64,000 nt of DNA, taken from Octopus sinensis. Lineage: Eukaryota. Made by a program: the position numbers and the translations under genes. Position 1 is the stretch's first letter, and each line of letters opens with the position of its first letter. A model generated the notes under the pieces. That model saw only the letters and a program-made list of their open reading frames with translations. It was not told the DNA's origin and did no database searches. Below, piece after piece: positions 50,176 to 64,000 of the stretch. The stretch covers positions 160,580,001 through 160,644,000 of the forward strand of contig NC_043000.1 in NCBI RefSeq assembly GCF_006345805.1, read 5' to 3'.

Positions 50176-51540
50176 TTTCTTTTATTTCAGGTTTTCTTGT
50201 AACTCCTGGTGTCTTGCATCTGTAGCGGGCTTCCTGCCTGAAACCTAGGACACCATGTTATCCGTTCTTTTCAAATATTACTTTCCTGATTATTTTTGCC
50301 GTGCCAAGGAGGCAAACCTTTTGTAACAGTTCTATTGGGCACTCTATACAGATTTCCTTTACATTTCTTTTGATGCATTCCGATGCTGTCCCCAAGGACC
50401 CAGTAATAACTGGTACTGTCTTCACCTCTTTCAATTTCCATAGCCGGGGTTTTTCGCACTTAAGAAAATTTATTAATTTTCCGCCTTCCTTCCTGACTAT
50501 TCGTAGGTGAAAGGAGCATGAAAATTCAACTATATAGCACATGTAGTGCATCTTGTCCACCACCACTAGGTCCGGTCTGTTATAGTCTACACCTGATCTG
50601 TTAGAATTGGGAAATCCTAGAGGATTTTGCAAGTCTCCAACTCCGCCACCCTCTGCGTTTTGTGCTCATACCACGTCTTTCCTTTCTCTAGCCCCCACTT
50701 TTCGCACAGTTTTCATTGTAGCACTTTCAATACATGAAAGTGTCACATCAATTTACAGTGATTTAGGGCAAGTTTAAAGCATCTCTTCGTGATATGGAGA
50801 ATGGTTCCTAAAGCTGACCCTTCCGTTTGTGGCCAAACTCGCGCTACCAGTATAGCACTACCAGTCTCTTTTTTTCAGTGTTCCTTTCTTCAGTCAAACC
50901 AATTTATGTTCTCCAGCAAATTTAGTTGCAACTACATGGAATTGATTGTGTAGCCCATTGTTTCGTAATGCTTTTCCATGTCCTTTTTGGACTTCTTCCT
51001 TTGTTTTCTCCTTTTTTTTCTGCTTTCAATAGTCCTTCATTTCCTTACTTTTGGATTGGTATATCATTAAGCTCCTGAGTTCCATACGCACGAAGTCTTC
51101 CACACTTATCAGTCCCCTTCCTCCATTTGCTCTCTTCATGTATAGGCGATCACTGTCTGTACTCGGATGATAAGTTCCTTGCATCGTTAGGCGCTTTCTT
51201 GTCTTCCTGTCCAAATCCTTTAGCTCTTTTTCATTCCACTTCAGGATTGCAGCGCCATACTGAACTACTGCGACTGCGCTCGAGTTTATTGCCGAAATTA
51301 TGTTTCTGGCAATCAGCTTTGAAACCAATATTTTTCACACTCGATGGAGATACTCTCTTTGTTTTTTTCTTTCGTATCGTTGTATTTAATTCCATCTACC
51401 TCAAATATTCCCAGTTTAGTATTATTATTATATTTCGAAACAGATCGAAATCCACAACTGGTTTTTCTATTTATACAACTGAAGTAATCATTCACTCGCC
51501 GACGGATACCAGTTTTTATACAAAAAGAAAAAAAGGAACA
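50176..51540 (-). mobile_element. R4/Dong-type LINE thumb-REL 3' half, fourth family
   Basis: ORF 51026-51328 (AINS.AV...YGAAI..W...LDRKTRK.LT....HP..D.DRLY..R..GGRGL) and ORF 50258-50632 (NRPDLVVVDK...LLQKVCLLGTAKIIRKV). Confidence 0.92.
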
Positions 51541-53656
51541 GAAATTAGAGAATGTTGATACTTCATTATTTATTGCAGTTTGTGAAAGTCATACTTGCTT
51601 TTGCGTTTTATTCTTCCTGTAGTTAACATTCTTGATGAGAACAGACCAACTCGACTGCATTAATGATACGTATTTTATTAACTTTGGAGGAATAAATATC
51701 GAATTTGACTCGAGCATGATTTGAACTCTTAAGGACACATAAACGCAATTAAAGATTGAAATGCATTTGCTCTGCACTCTATTATATCAGGTGTGGTTAA
51801 TATTTTGACTATTGTTAACATAATAATGATATGTGGCATATTTAGAATTGTCAGCCTCAAGATATTGTCAAGTTTGTACGTGTGTACATGTGTACATGAG
51901 AAGCTGTGCGTGTGATGGCAGTAAATTTATTGATACCATTCCTTTCATTGCTGCTGATATTGATGTGGGTGTTGGTGCTCATATAGAAATATTGTTGTTA
52001 CAAGTGCTGAGGAGGATGACCGTTCTAGCCGTAGTGATGTTGCTGTTGCTGTTGTTACAATAGTAGTTGATATTGTTATTGTCCGCATGTTCCTTAGTTA
52101 TGGTTGCGGATAATGTTCATCTTGTTATTTTTCTTATTGTTGCAAATGTTTGTTGTTGTTGTTGCTGTTGTCGTTGTTGTTGCAGTAGTTGTTGTTGAAG
52201 CAGAACATGTAATAAATCAAAATTCTTTTTGAAATTCTACACTCACTGTACTCACCAAAATATGATCATCTATCTTTACCACTGCTATGAAAATCATAAC
52301 AAGAAAACGGAGACGCCATTTTCGTTTTCAGAGACATTATTACGCAACTAAATACACCATGTTAACTATACTTACTGCAGAAACCAAAATGCGTTTGACA
52401 CATAAAAAAAGTAAAGTACAATAAAATAAACACGTACACAACGAATAAAAGAAGAGAAAAAAGTCTCTTTTGTTAGAGGCAATTTCTTCGGTTCAAATTC
52501 TTAGATTAAAATTATTCATAGCCAAGTGAAGCCTATGCCATGCACTGTCTCCGTACTGTATATAATTATGTCTTCTCAATTTACCTTTGAAGGCAACATT
52601 GATACCATATTCAAGCAAAATGGCATTTTAACGGGCTGAAGGGCGTGGAGTATTTTTTTTATAACTGGATCCTAGATATCTTCATGCAATCTATTTTTGC
52701 ATAAATCTCTACGCGTTTCACTCCTTTATCCTTTCTCCTTTACTCATTCTTCGTATACGCATACTTTCTTGCAGGCACGCGCAGATACATATTTGCACAA
52801 GAACGTGCACATACATATGTATATATAGATAAATGCACGTTTATTTGTAAATAGAATAACATCATTTTATTTAGCTACACGTGTATCTGTCAGTGTCTCT
52901 ATCTATATAATCTCTTCTAAAATTTTTCATAAATTCTCCACACAGTAAAACAGGTTGTTAGAAATGTGATACTTCTCTCTTGTTTAGCTAACGCATGTTT
53001 GTGAGCCATTATATGTTTTTGCCTGTATGCCTATATGAGATTTATCAAATAGAATCCAATGGGGGAGTAGTTTAAACAATTTGAAGCTATAAAATACAAC
53101 TGATCAATTGTTTCTATGCAAAACGCTTCAGCAAATCTTGTTAGTTTGGGAAACAGCAACTTTTTTCGAACGTTCTAAATCTATTATGATACATCTTCCT
53201 TATGAAGCAATAATGATCCATATAAACTGGAATGTATAGTGAGGTATGAAAGCTCTCGGTCTTACTGCAGTATATAGCACATGTCGTATTTTAGGCCATT
53301 GTAGACATGTCATAAAATTGTGTCCTAAATAAAATACACTTTCAAGTAAAAAATTTGGTGTTTTAACCAGAAGTTAGAGATTATGTACATTCACTGTACA
53401 TTCCATTTACTAGTGGTCCTTAATGCGTCGGTTATTTACTTACTGGTGATGGTAGGCCATATCTGTGGTTTTGTTAGGGCTTCCCCCATCTTTTTTCTTA
53501 TCCAGTTTAGCAATTTTGCTGTTCTGTTTCTCTTCGGCTCCATATATCCTTTCTAGTACGACTCAATTTCTGATGTTCTCTTAACGTTAGAGCTCTTTTG
53601 CTGATGGTTCAGAAGAAATATTTAGTATTCACCACAAATTATAATCATCATCATCA

Positions 53657-53674
53657 TTACTACTACTACTACTA

Positions 53675-53730
<56 letters not shown>

Positions 53731-53748
53731 TCGCTGCTGCTGCTACTG

Positions 53749-53788
<40 letters not shown>

Positions 53789-53820
53789 TACTACTATCGC
53801 TGCTGCTGCTACTATTACTT

Positions 53821-53854
<34 letters not shown>

Positions 53855-53983
53855 TATTACTACTACTGCTGCTAATACTACTACTACTACTACTACTATT
53901 GCTACTGCTGCTGCTACTACCACCACCACCACCACCGCCACCACTACTACTACTACTACCACTACTACTACTACTACTACTAT

Positions 53984-54015
<32 letters not shown>
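53657..54015 (+). repeat. (CTA)n/(CTG)n/(CCA)n compound microsatellite
   Basis: Direct reading; poly-T/V ORFs are by-products. Confidence 0.97.
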
Positions 54016-54016
54016 T

Positions 54017-54222
54017 TAAGGCAGTAATGGTTAGCACGTCAGGCAAAATGATATGCGTTAATTCGCCCATTTTTACGTTCTGAGTTCAAATTCCACCGAG
54101 GTCGATGTGCCTTTCATGCTTTCGGGGTCGATGAATTAAGTACCAGTCAAGGACTGGAGTTGATGTTATCGACAAGTCCCCTTCCCCCAAATTTCAGGCC
54201 TTGTACCTATAGTAGAAAGGAT
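54017..54222 (+). mobile_element. SINE
   Basis: gttagcacgtcaggcaaaatg...gttctgagttcaaattccaccgaggtcga (B-box-like)...gcctttcatgctttcggggtcgat...aagtaccagt...ccccaaatttcaggccttgtacctatagtagaaagg. Confidence 0.8.
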
Positions 54223-55055
54223 TATAATTTGTATCGTTATTATCACCATGGTCATCATCATCATCATCATCATGAACTTTATTATTTTCATAACAGTCTT
54301 CCTAAACATAGGAGGCTAGAAAACATGATAGAACATTTACCTATGTCTTTTATGTTTTATGTCCAAGTCCCGTCAAAATATAGTTTTACATATATTAGTA
54401 GAAGACACTGTCAGTATTTGAATAATTTTTAATGGGTTTCATTATTATCATTGCTATCTCTTATGAGAAGTGAGATGTTTGTTCCGGTAAGCTATGCATC
54501 AGTTCAGTTTTTTGAATTTATGTTAGACACTATATACGAGATGCTTGTAACGTCCACAAAATCCTGTCGTTTTTAGTAATGGAACATTTCACTTTCCCGT
54601 GCCTTTGTTTGCAGAGTTTAAAGTTAAGGTCTCTTTTACCTTTGCGATAGAATTCAATGAGGAAACATGATGCTTATCACAATATTACAACTTTAATGGT
54701 AACTTGCAAGACTAAATGCATTGCTGGATTTAGATGCATTTATGCTCGTCTTTCAATCTCAGTGGACTCATAATTCCGGTATTTATTGTAGTAGTAATGA
54801 TTATATAACAGGGTGAATCCGTCAATTCTATAGTTCAGTAATATTTTAGTAACTAAATACTTAATTTCCTTTAGAATTCACTGTAATCAAATGAACTTAT
54901 GCTTTTTGTGTTTTATGGATAAATCGAGGAATGACTGGCAGCTCACACAACGTTTTAACAGGCTCTTTTAAAGTGGTTGTTGAAAAGGAGGGATACAGTG
55001 CGTTATATGTTCTATACTCAGAACAAATACCTAGTTAGAATTAGTGTAACAGATT

Positions 55056-55545
55056 GTCATCATCATCATTGTTCGACCGTGGTGGACACAATGGAATTTA
55101 CCATGCTACGCTAGACTTCACGGTCCATCATGGCATTATGGAGGTCCTATTGCTGGATGCCTGTATCCCTGGAGATTACATCAGGGTAGGAGAGTGTGCG
55201 CCCTTTGGTATTGCGAGTAGATGGCTTCCAGAGGAGAAGAGTAGAAATTACCTCTTTTTCAGCTCTACAACAATGTCCAGCAAACTGGACTCTCTTACCT
55301 TTCACAAGAGATGACACAGGTGGTAGTTTCCCATATATTTGCATTTTGGTTGGATGGCGCTTCCACGAGAGATTTTGAGCTCTCATAAGGAGGTGAGTGT
55401 AGGTTCCATCCAACCGCCTCTCAAGCTTCTTTGATAACCTCCAGGTTTCTGAGCCATACAGTAGAATTGGTTCGGCTGTGGCTTTGAAGATTTCAAGTTT
55501 GAAGTCTCTACTTAGATTTGATGACCAGATCTTATGCATGTGGGG
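55056..55545 (-). mobile_element. RTE-type LINE 3' end with (GAT)n tail
   Basis: ORF 55147-55539 KLEIFKATAEPILLYGSETW.L...LDG.YT.LL...FAGHC.R...LLW.P (RTE thumb). Confidence 0.9.
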
Positions 55546-56179
55546 TGCATTCTGCTGTAATTATTTTGTATGCATACAGAAGATGCATAAAATACCAACA
55601 TAAAATATTTGATACGGACGAACTTGAAGTCAATAATGCAAGTCAGGAAATATCACATCTACTTTAAATTACTGTGGATCGGGTAACACAGTATGGTTTA
55701 AGTCCTAACCCATTGTGAGAACGGATATGATTTTATGAGACATACATGCAGCTAAGCAAAAATGTCTATGTTTACTAGTTACCTTGGTAATTGATACATC
55801 AGGATAAGAATCAACCATCTCCTAATGACTCAGAATTACGTTCTCTTAATATAAATCACAATTTGAGTGCCATATCTCATTTCATCTAGATTCCTTTTTG
55901 GACATTTTGTTAGGCTCTGCCACGTAAAACGAAAGATCTCGTCTATTGAAGAGGAAAGCACATATTGGCTTTCTACTTTAGCTGTAAACAATTGACAGAT
56001 TGTCAGAAGATGAAATGTCTTCTCAGTTCTACGTTGTTTGAATGATTTAATCCACGTGTCTGGCCTTCTTACATGCATTTTGTTTAGCCCCAGATTATCC
56101 CTAGTTAAATCAACGTACGATTCATCTCTGAACATTAAGTATGTTCTAGTATCAGCCACTATAAAGATTCCTCTTTTTC

Positions 56180-56590
56180 TTTTTTTCTCTTTTTTACTTG
56201 TTTCAGTCATTTGACTGTGGCCATGCTGGAGCACCGCCTTTAGTCAAGCAAATCAACCCCGGGACTTATTCTTTGTAAGCCCAGTACTTATTCTATCAGT
56301 GTCTTTTGCCGAACCGCTAAGTGACGGGGACGTAAACACACCAGCATCGGTTGTCAAGCAATGCTAGGAGGACAAACACAGACACACTAACATATACACA
56401 CACATACATACACATATATATACATATATACAACAGGCTTCTTTCAGTTTCTGTCTATGAAATCCACTCACAAGGCATTGGTCGGCCCGGGGCTATAGCA
56501 GAAGACACTTGCCCAAAATGCCACGCAGTGGGACTGAAACCGGAACCATGTGGCTGGTAAGCAAGCTACTTACCACACAGCCACTCCTGT
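56180..56590 (-). mobile_element. Near full-length SINE, family of 5695-6358
   Basis: Minus strand caggagtggctgtgtggtaagtagcttgcttaccagccacatggttccggtttcagtcccactgcg...ggcggtgctccagcatggccacagtcaaatgactgaaacaagtaaaa. Confidence 0.92.
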
Positions 56591-58073
56591 GAGCATTTGT
56601 GAGCAATTTTGAGAAGGTTTTAGCTACTATGGCTATCACCCTTAATAACCACATGGTGTGCCTGTATTTGGATGATGCAGGCAGAAAAAGAAGCACTATA
56701 AAAATTGCTAATGGTCTATAATGTTGAATCCTCGAGGAAGCAGTAGTTACTTGTCTCTCTTTTATTTTAGGAAAATTAGAGTTAAGATTGGTCCCATGGA
56801 TCACTATAATTTGAAACAAAAGAATGAGAATGAAATTAGCCGAGAATATAAAGAAGCAGAGGCAGTGAAGTTGATCTATTGCTTCTCCAGTTGCTTGGAA
56901 AATAACTTATCTACCGCAACCACTATTTCTTCTCTCCACCTCTCCTCCCCTCTTTCTCCCTCTTTGGTAAAATGTAATAAAGCGAGAAACAAGATGGCGT
57001 AACATTTTAGTTTTGCAACATTTTTGCTTAATCCCTTGATTCTATTATACTTCCGCTCTTTGTTTTCCCTATTTTTTATACACGTCCTATCTTGCTTTCA
57101 TCATTTAAAAAATGTCTTTAATTCAAGGGATTTTCTTTCGTAATTTAATTCTTTATTTTATTTATATTTGTTTAATTATTTTACTGCAAGAAATTTCTTT
57201 CAAGTGTTTTCAATCAATATCTGATAAATTTCTTTGATAAATTCCTTTTCGTTCTTTTTTTTTTTAATAAATATCTGATTCATTTCATTATTTTTTTTTA
57301 GTCACTTCTTTCCTTCTTTTCTTTATTTCCAATTTTCATTGCCATTTTCTCGCTAACTGGATTTCTCAGTAACTCTTTCCTGCCGACCTATTCTTTTCCC
57401 TTTTTATTCCTTCATTTCTTCTGCCTGCTTTTATTGCATTCGTTCTTTATTTTATTTTTCATTTCTAACATTTCTTTTTTAAATTTGATTGACATTCAGA
57501 CAGATTTCCCCTTATCTCTATCAAATATAAACTTTTTTTTATATTTTTCTTTCGTATTCAATCTTACTACAGTTTCTTCTTGATTTTAGATTTTCGGCAC
57601 CATCATATATCCTTTAGTGGATTTTCTCTTTTCTTATTTTTTACGTCCATATACCATTACTCTTTCCTCTCTCTTTAGTTCTCTTTTTCTCAAACATTCT
57701 CACCTCTCCTTCTCCCGATCTCTATCTCACTCTTCCTTTCTCTTTTTCAGTTAAACACAATCATCTATCTCTGTATCCAGTTTAGTTTTAGAAGTTCATT
57801 CTTGTTTTTCACCATTTGTTAACATATTTTTCTATATTTTTTCCTATATTCTGACTTTATTTTGCTTTCTCCCTAAAAAAATATTCGAACTATAAAACCA
57901 TTACATCATACACATATTACGGATATAAATATTTGTACAAACTCCAAATATATATATTCACATATGTAAATAAAGACACATAAGTGTATTTGTGTGTGTG
58001 TGTCTATGTACACACTGAATACGTATCGTACAGATATGTGAATGCTTTTCGGAAAGTAACATACATACACACG

Positions 58074-58145
<72 letters not shown>

Positions 58146-58179
58146 ACATAACCAAGCGCGATCACACACACACACACAC

Positions 58180-58227
<48 letters not shown>

Positions 58228-58579
58228 CCAAGCAAACACACAAAGAAATCAACACACACGCATACATAACTATACTACAAACAATACTATAAAAACAGAG
58301 AAAAGGATTTGTATCTTGTACATATCTTGTAAAAAAAAATAAAGTACATTTTCATAAAACCTGCCCAAATAAGTAAATAAAACACATACAGATATAACTG
58401 CATACACATCTGCACAAACGCCCATAATCATATAGATAAAAACGGAATGAGAGTTGTGGGGAGAGGGGAGGAGAGAAGAAAGAGAATGGACATATATTTT
58501 GCGAAAATATACACATTTTCAAGCTGCATTACACACACACATAATATTTTAAAATATAAATACATATTTACGTGTATAA

Positions 58580-58652
<73 letters not shown>

Positions 58653-58690
58653 ATACATATATGCATATATATGTATATATATATATATAT

Positions 58691-58848
58691 ATATTTGTGT
58701 GTGTGTATGTTTGTATAATTGACTATATGTATTTATGTATGTTTGAATTATGTATGGTTTCGCACATAAATGAGTGTGTGTACCCCTATTAATTCTCTGT
58801 CTGTTTCTACGTTTATTTGTGCATGTATATGTATATGTATACATATAA

Positions 58849-58909
<61 letters not shown>

Positions 58910-59085
58910 ATATTATATATATATATATATATTTGTGTGTGTGTATGTCTGTATAATTGACTATATGTATATTTGTATGCTTGTAGAATGTGTGGTTTTG
59001 TACATGAGTGAGTGCGTGTGTACTCCTATTTAATTATGTGTGTGTTTCTACGTTTGTTTGCGCATGCACGAATATGTACATGAGA
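58691..59085 (+). repeat. Diverged tandem duplication, ~238-bp period
   Basis: atatttgtgtgtgtgtatgt.tgtataattgactatatgtat ... cctatt.aatt ... tgtttctacgttt at 58691 and 58929. Confidence 0.85.
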
Positions 59086-59679
59086 TAAGTAATAATCACT
59101 GAGTAACATCACTCCACTAAATATTGTGAATCTCTGAAACAAAAGAAGCATGACAACTCTATAGTCAACGACGACGGTTATTATAACAATGATAAGAACA
59201 ACAAGAACATTGACAGCAACCAAAATATTATTAATAATAATAACATATTAATATCAGGAAACGAAAAGACCATCAACAATAAATTTAATGAGAAAACTGC
59301 TTTTCGAATGCCATTAATAATTTAGGCGAACGTGTAGCAAGATTTATCTTCCTACCAAATGTATTGTGGGTTATATTTATTTAGCTTTACAACGTGATGT
59401 TGTATCGTGTGCATAACCGGGAAGGTCATCAATTTTATTGGAATCCGTTTTTCTATGGGCTCGAATATGAGCAAATGTTTTTATTCTCTCTCATCATCAC
59501 TCAGTCTGTCCCTGACTCTCGATGCTCTTTCTCCTTTTCTTCTCGATTTATATTTTTAATTTACTCTCTCCAGCCCGCATTCTCTGTTTCTCTGCCTGTC
59601 TACTGTCTGTCTCTCTTTCTTGCTCTCCATCACTGCATTCCTTTCTCTTTGAGTGGACCACAGTGTAAGAGAGACAGAG

Positions 59680-59726
<47 letters not shown>

Positions 59727-59781
59727 ATATATATATATATATGTATGTGTATATGTATGTATATATGTATATGTATGTATG

Positions 59782-59816
<35 letters not shown>

Positions 59817-59822
59817 GTATAT

Positions 59823-59881
<59 letters not shown>

Positions 59882-59947
59882 TATACTTACATATATATAT
59901 ACATATTATATATATACATACATAGACACACACACAGTCATATATAT

Positions 59948-59982
<35 letters not shown>

Positions 59983-61141
59983 ATAAATTTATATATACAC
60001 ACATATATGCACGCATATATAATCATATAATAATATGATGCATGTATGCATATATATGAGTGTGTGTGTGTATACATAATGAATCGTTCTGCAGTCATTG
60101 AGATCTGTCCAACTTCCTCTGAAATCTCTATGCATTTACTTAGTGTATATGTTTATGCTTATATATATATATGTTAGTGTACGCGTCTGTGTGAGTAATT
60201 GCATGAGTTTGCTCGTGTGTGGGTGTGTGTTATCTTGTGTCTTAGTGTTTGCAGTACGTAAATTTTATACGTATCTAAGCAATATACTTTCTTTAACTTT
60301 AGCAGTACTTTTTCAATTTATCAGAAACGACGAGTTCGAGAAAATCGCAGTTGAGAAATGCAGAAATAAATATATTAAAACATCTATATTTCGTATTCTA
60401 ATGATTAGCTCATAAATATTTATATGTTTTTGGGTGTTTTGTGCGTTTATCTATTTGTGTTTGTATGAGTTCCCCTATGTGTGTGTAGGTTACTTACATA
60501 TATGTAGATTTTCCGGTGTATACGTCTAAGCAAGCATATATGTATACATAAGAATCTATCTTGATGGCGGTTATCTTTATTCTCCAGCATCTTCAATATC
60601 CATTTATATATTCAAGATATTACGATGCCTTTCCGAAAATCATTCGGAGTCCAACAGTCGAGTAATTTGAAATAGGAAACACTCGCAATAAAATAAGGCA
60701 ATACTACAGAAAGCAAGGCATTGCCCTTATCCTTGTTAAAAGATTAGAACTAGATATTGAAATAAAAGTGCATCAAACTTTGGCTTCCAAATGCCAAACC
60801 GTAAGAGAAACCAAGGGCTAATTTCTTTGTAATCTGGTAAATTTTTTATATGAATGTAACTTATGATTGCATTTTGTGTATTATGTTATCATTCTGTGTC
60901 CAACTTGTATTCGGACGTTGTATCAACATTATATGCCGGTATACATATGTGTGTATGTATCATGTGTGTATGTCTAAGTATATATCTATAGGTATTTATA
61001 CAATATACGTATGTATACATAGATATATGTGTGGATATATGTGTATAACATATATATATTCATATATATATGTGTATATATATACAATATCGTTCATGTG
61101 TATATGCCTATGCATAAATGCATCTATGTGAAAATATGTGA

Positions 61142-61213
<72 letters not shown>

Positions 61214-61369
61214 AGAAAGAAAGAATGATTGAAAGAAAGACTTGGCAAAACTCAGAGAGGGATATGTGCTCGTTAGCCTGTAGTAATTAATGGTATTCAG
61301 GAAGGCGGTGCCGCATATTACTCGCAGACCAGTAACTGATCTTCGGCAAGGAAAAAGATTATTATGATG

Positions 61370-61715
61370 ATTATTTGGTAAGAGGTTTGCTTCCCAACCG
61401 CCTGGTTCCGGTTTCAAATCTACTGCGTATCACCTTCAGCATGTATCTTCTGCTACAGTCCCGAACTTGTCAAAGACTCGTGAGTCGGTTTGGTAGACAG
61501 AAACTGAAAGAGGTTTGGTGGATATATATGTGTATAACTATGCGCGTGTTTGTGTTTGTCCGCCACACGGTTTGACAACTGGCATTGTTTAGTTAATGCT
61601 TTGGTAACATAGCGGTTCGCCACAATGAAACGATAGAATAATATGCGTTACAGATTAAGACTTAGGATTGATTCGTTTGGCTAAACGAACGGGTGACCTC
61701 CAACATGGCTACATT
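61370..61715 (+). mobile_element. Old SINE copy, family of 5695-6358
   Basis: ggtaagaggtttgcttcccaacc...ggttccggtttcaa...tttggtagacagaaactgaaagag...agcggttcg...gatagaata. Confidence 0.75.
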
Positions 61716-61749
61716 CATGTTGGGGGGTCACCATTAATCATTAATCTCC

Positions 61750-61791
61750 ATGAATAACAGCGGTAGGATTATGAATAACAGCGGTAGGATT
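61750..61791 (+). repeat. Perfect 21-bp tandem duplication
   Basis: atgaataacagcggtaggatt x2. Confidence 0.95.
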
Positions 61792-62239
61792 TTGATCAGA
61801 AAGTAAGCTACCGATTTAATAGTTGCGAGATTACAATGACCCATAGATAGACAATTTGATAGTAGTTTTGAATGCAAGACACGGTCGAACAATCTTCAGC
61901 TGTCCAGAGCAACAATAATGCTTTCTGTAACCTTCCAAAATCCATTGGTGAATTACATGATTGGTAATAGCAATATTTGTATAGATGATTTGGTTGATAA
62001 TAACTTAAATACTGAAATTTTAAAATGTCATAACTACAGGCATGCCAATTGAATCTCAATACATATGCCGGTTACACACCGGCTGCCTTAAAGAATATTA
62101 CTCTCTGCAATATCAAATGCACGCACAATGATGGGTGTCAGTATATACATACATACATACATACATACATAGATACATACATACATACATACATACATAC
62201 ATACATACATACATACATACATAGATACATACATACGTA

Positions 62240-62720
62240 GAACCTTCAGAGCCTGAGAAACTTCAGAAGAAGTAACAAAGAAGCTATGTCGGTTCTATGA
62301 AGGATATTTGTGCTCAGCCGTCTGGACTACCGCTCTCAATTGCGTTCATTGGATTGTGTCAAATTAATAGCAGAACTTGAGACAGTTCAGCGGTTCTAAA
62401 CTAGGAATTTTCCATCGAGGGAACAGCTGAGCTAGTAGGAGAGACTGAAAGAGCTACGACTCTACTTCTTGGAGCTAAGACAGGAGAGGTATGCAGAGAT
62501 GTATGTATAGGAGATCCCGGAGGGTCTGGCACAAAAGGTCGGTATGAGAGCTGTACCAGCCCTAGAACAGGACATCATTGCACTGTTCCAAAGTTCCCAG
62601 CTGTACAGTCTAGAGTGTGGACCGTGTACTGCAATAACTCTGGATTCAAGGGCCGACAGCAAATTGGTGCCTTGCGAAAAGATTTGAGGGAGACAGTTGA
62701 AATATTAGGAAGGCATAAGA
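62240..62720 (+). mobile_element. CR1-group LINE thumb/C-terminal fragment
   Basis: IFVLSRLDY.SQL...LETVQR...ERLKELRLY.LE.RQERY...RTGHHC motifs with stops. Confidence 0.85.
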
Positions 62721-62734
62721 TGCCCTATCCGTAA

Positions 62735-62995
62735 TGGAAGTAGCAAGATTAGATGATAAAACTTATAGTTTTGTCTCTCTAACCTCCCATGTCAGCAAAA
62801 TCATGGAACGCATTGTGAAGAGGAAACTGATTGTTTTCCTTAAATATAATGGCTCGCTCCCTCGTATCCAGCATGGCTTCTGCTCAAGAAGAAGCTGCCT
62901 TACAAAGCTTCAGCAGCATTATATGTAGGTGTTGAAACAATTGATGAATCACTAAAACTTGGATGGGAATAATCTCGATTTTAGAAAGTGGGTAA
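62735..62995 (+). mobile_element. CR1-group LINE RT N-terminal fragment
   Basis: YSFVSLTSHVSKIMERIVKRKL...QHGFCSRRSCLT.L...LDF (NYRPISLTS..SK..ERI / QHGF...RSC.T.L). Confidence 0.88.
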
Positions 62996-63184
62996 AAGTT
63001 TTCAAGAAACAAGTTGACCTCCATGGTCCCTAGATAAACCTATATCAAGGCAGGAAAAATCAAAAGGTGGGAGCACTGTTAACTTCCCTTCTCCACCAAA
63101 ACCCAATTACATAAGATTGGGTAGTGAAAAGGGCATTACACTGGCGGCGTTCCAGTATGGCCCAAGCTTATAAGAAATAAACGA

Positions 63185-63221
<37 letters not shown>

Positions 63222-63638
63222 ATATATTTGAGTAGTTGAATGAATTATCTTGTTATGGATAATTCGGTTAACCGATACCTGGGTAGCAAATTCACATCAT
63301 ATATATATATGGAATATATCATTAAAACATAAACGTAGAGTCGTTATAAGGTAATTGCTGTAGTGAAACCTTTTGTCCACCAAATCCGTTTTAACAATTC
63401 TATAATTATGTTTGTATTATAAATTCAGTGCTCTTAAGTGATGCCACATGTTTTGCCTGCTCGTTCTTTCTTGTATATATCAAACCGCTCAAACACAACA
63501 CCGTTCTTTCAGTCGCAGTTGAAGTCAGAGTTTTAGCCATAAACCTACCTGAATACTTCTTGTTTTTGCCTATTACAATACGTCGCTTTATGCAATTTTA
63601 TCTGTATGCTCTCTCTCTCTCTCTGTAAATGCATATAT

Positions 63639-63684
<46 letters not shown>

Positions 63685-64000
63685 AGCCAAACGCTCGCCG
63701 TCCAATGGACGGTATTGAGTTGTCGAACGTTTAAACCAAATTTTCTCAAAACAACTTGTCCGACTGTCCCGTAGGACTCCCCTTTCACAAACACTGATTT
63801 AACCTAAATTTGAGACACCAGCAAAAGACGGATTTCGACTGATGTACTTGCGCGTACAAATGCACGTTCACACGGCTTTATCGATCGTATTCTCACCTGG
63901 AATCGATTTTGTAATTTTTTCAAGACTTATACACGCCCTGATACCGTAGGGATCTACATATCGAATTTGAGCGCGATAATATATATATATATATATATAT

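Noticed and set aside
56770-56870. Plus-strand exon KIRVKIGPMDHYNLKQKNENEISREYKEAEA
   Set aside because: Good acceptor but no convincing donor or recognisable homology.
57000-57900. ~900-bp pyrimidine-rich tract (similar at 10400-11600 and 43150-43680)
   Set aside because: Low-complexity DNA with no periodicity or ends that I could define.
61870-62030. LRR-like peptide NNAFCNLPKSIGELHD
   Set aside because: A single repeat-like match surrounded by stops; likely chance.

Overview
This is AT-rich, microsatellite-dense eukaryotic DNA. The tRNA-headed SINE families resemble those of coleoid cephalopods (Octopus-like); this is my inference from recognition, not a search result. No host gene can be called with confidence, and nearly all ORFs in the supplied track are translations of (TA)n, (CA)n, (GATA)n or trinucleotide repeats. 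The window is mostly transposon remains: at least 13 R4/Dong-type LINE fragments (clusters at 0.7-3.2 kb, 27.1-28.9 kb and 46.1-51.5 kb), a young Tx1/L1-type LINE 3' end inside a (GATA)n tract, several Penelope-like RT/GIY-YIG relics, RTE and CR1 fragments, hAT and Tc1/mariner transposase relics, a complete non-autonomous Helitron, many SINEs, and a 3-kb cluster of foldback/palindromic elements. The best leads are (i) a Tx1-type element apparently targeting (TATC)n, (ii) an orphan 555-bp element bounded by (AAT)n, (iii) a 115-bp GT-AG segment interrupting a Penelope RT, possibly a retained intron, (iv) a SINE with a ~75-bp flanking duplication, (v) the foldback cluster, and (vi) a weakly supported, phase-compatible minus-strand exon chain including a 9-nt microexon. 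All family assignments come from motif recognition by eye, and boundaries of decayed elements are approximate.
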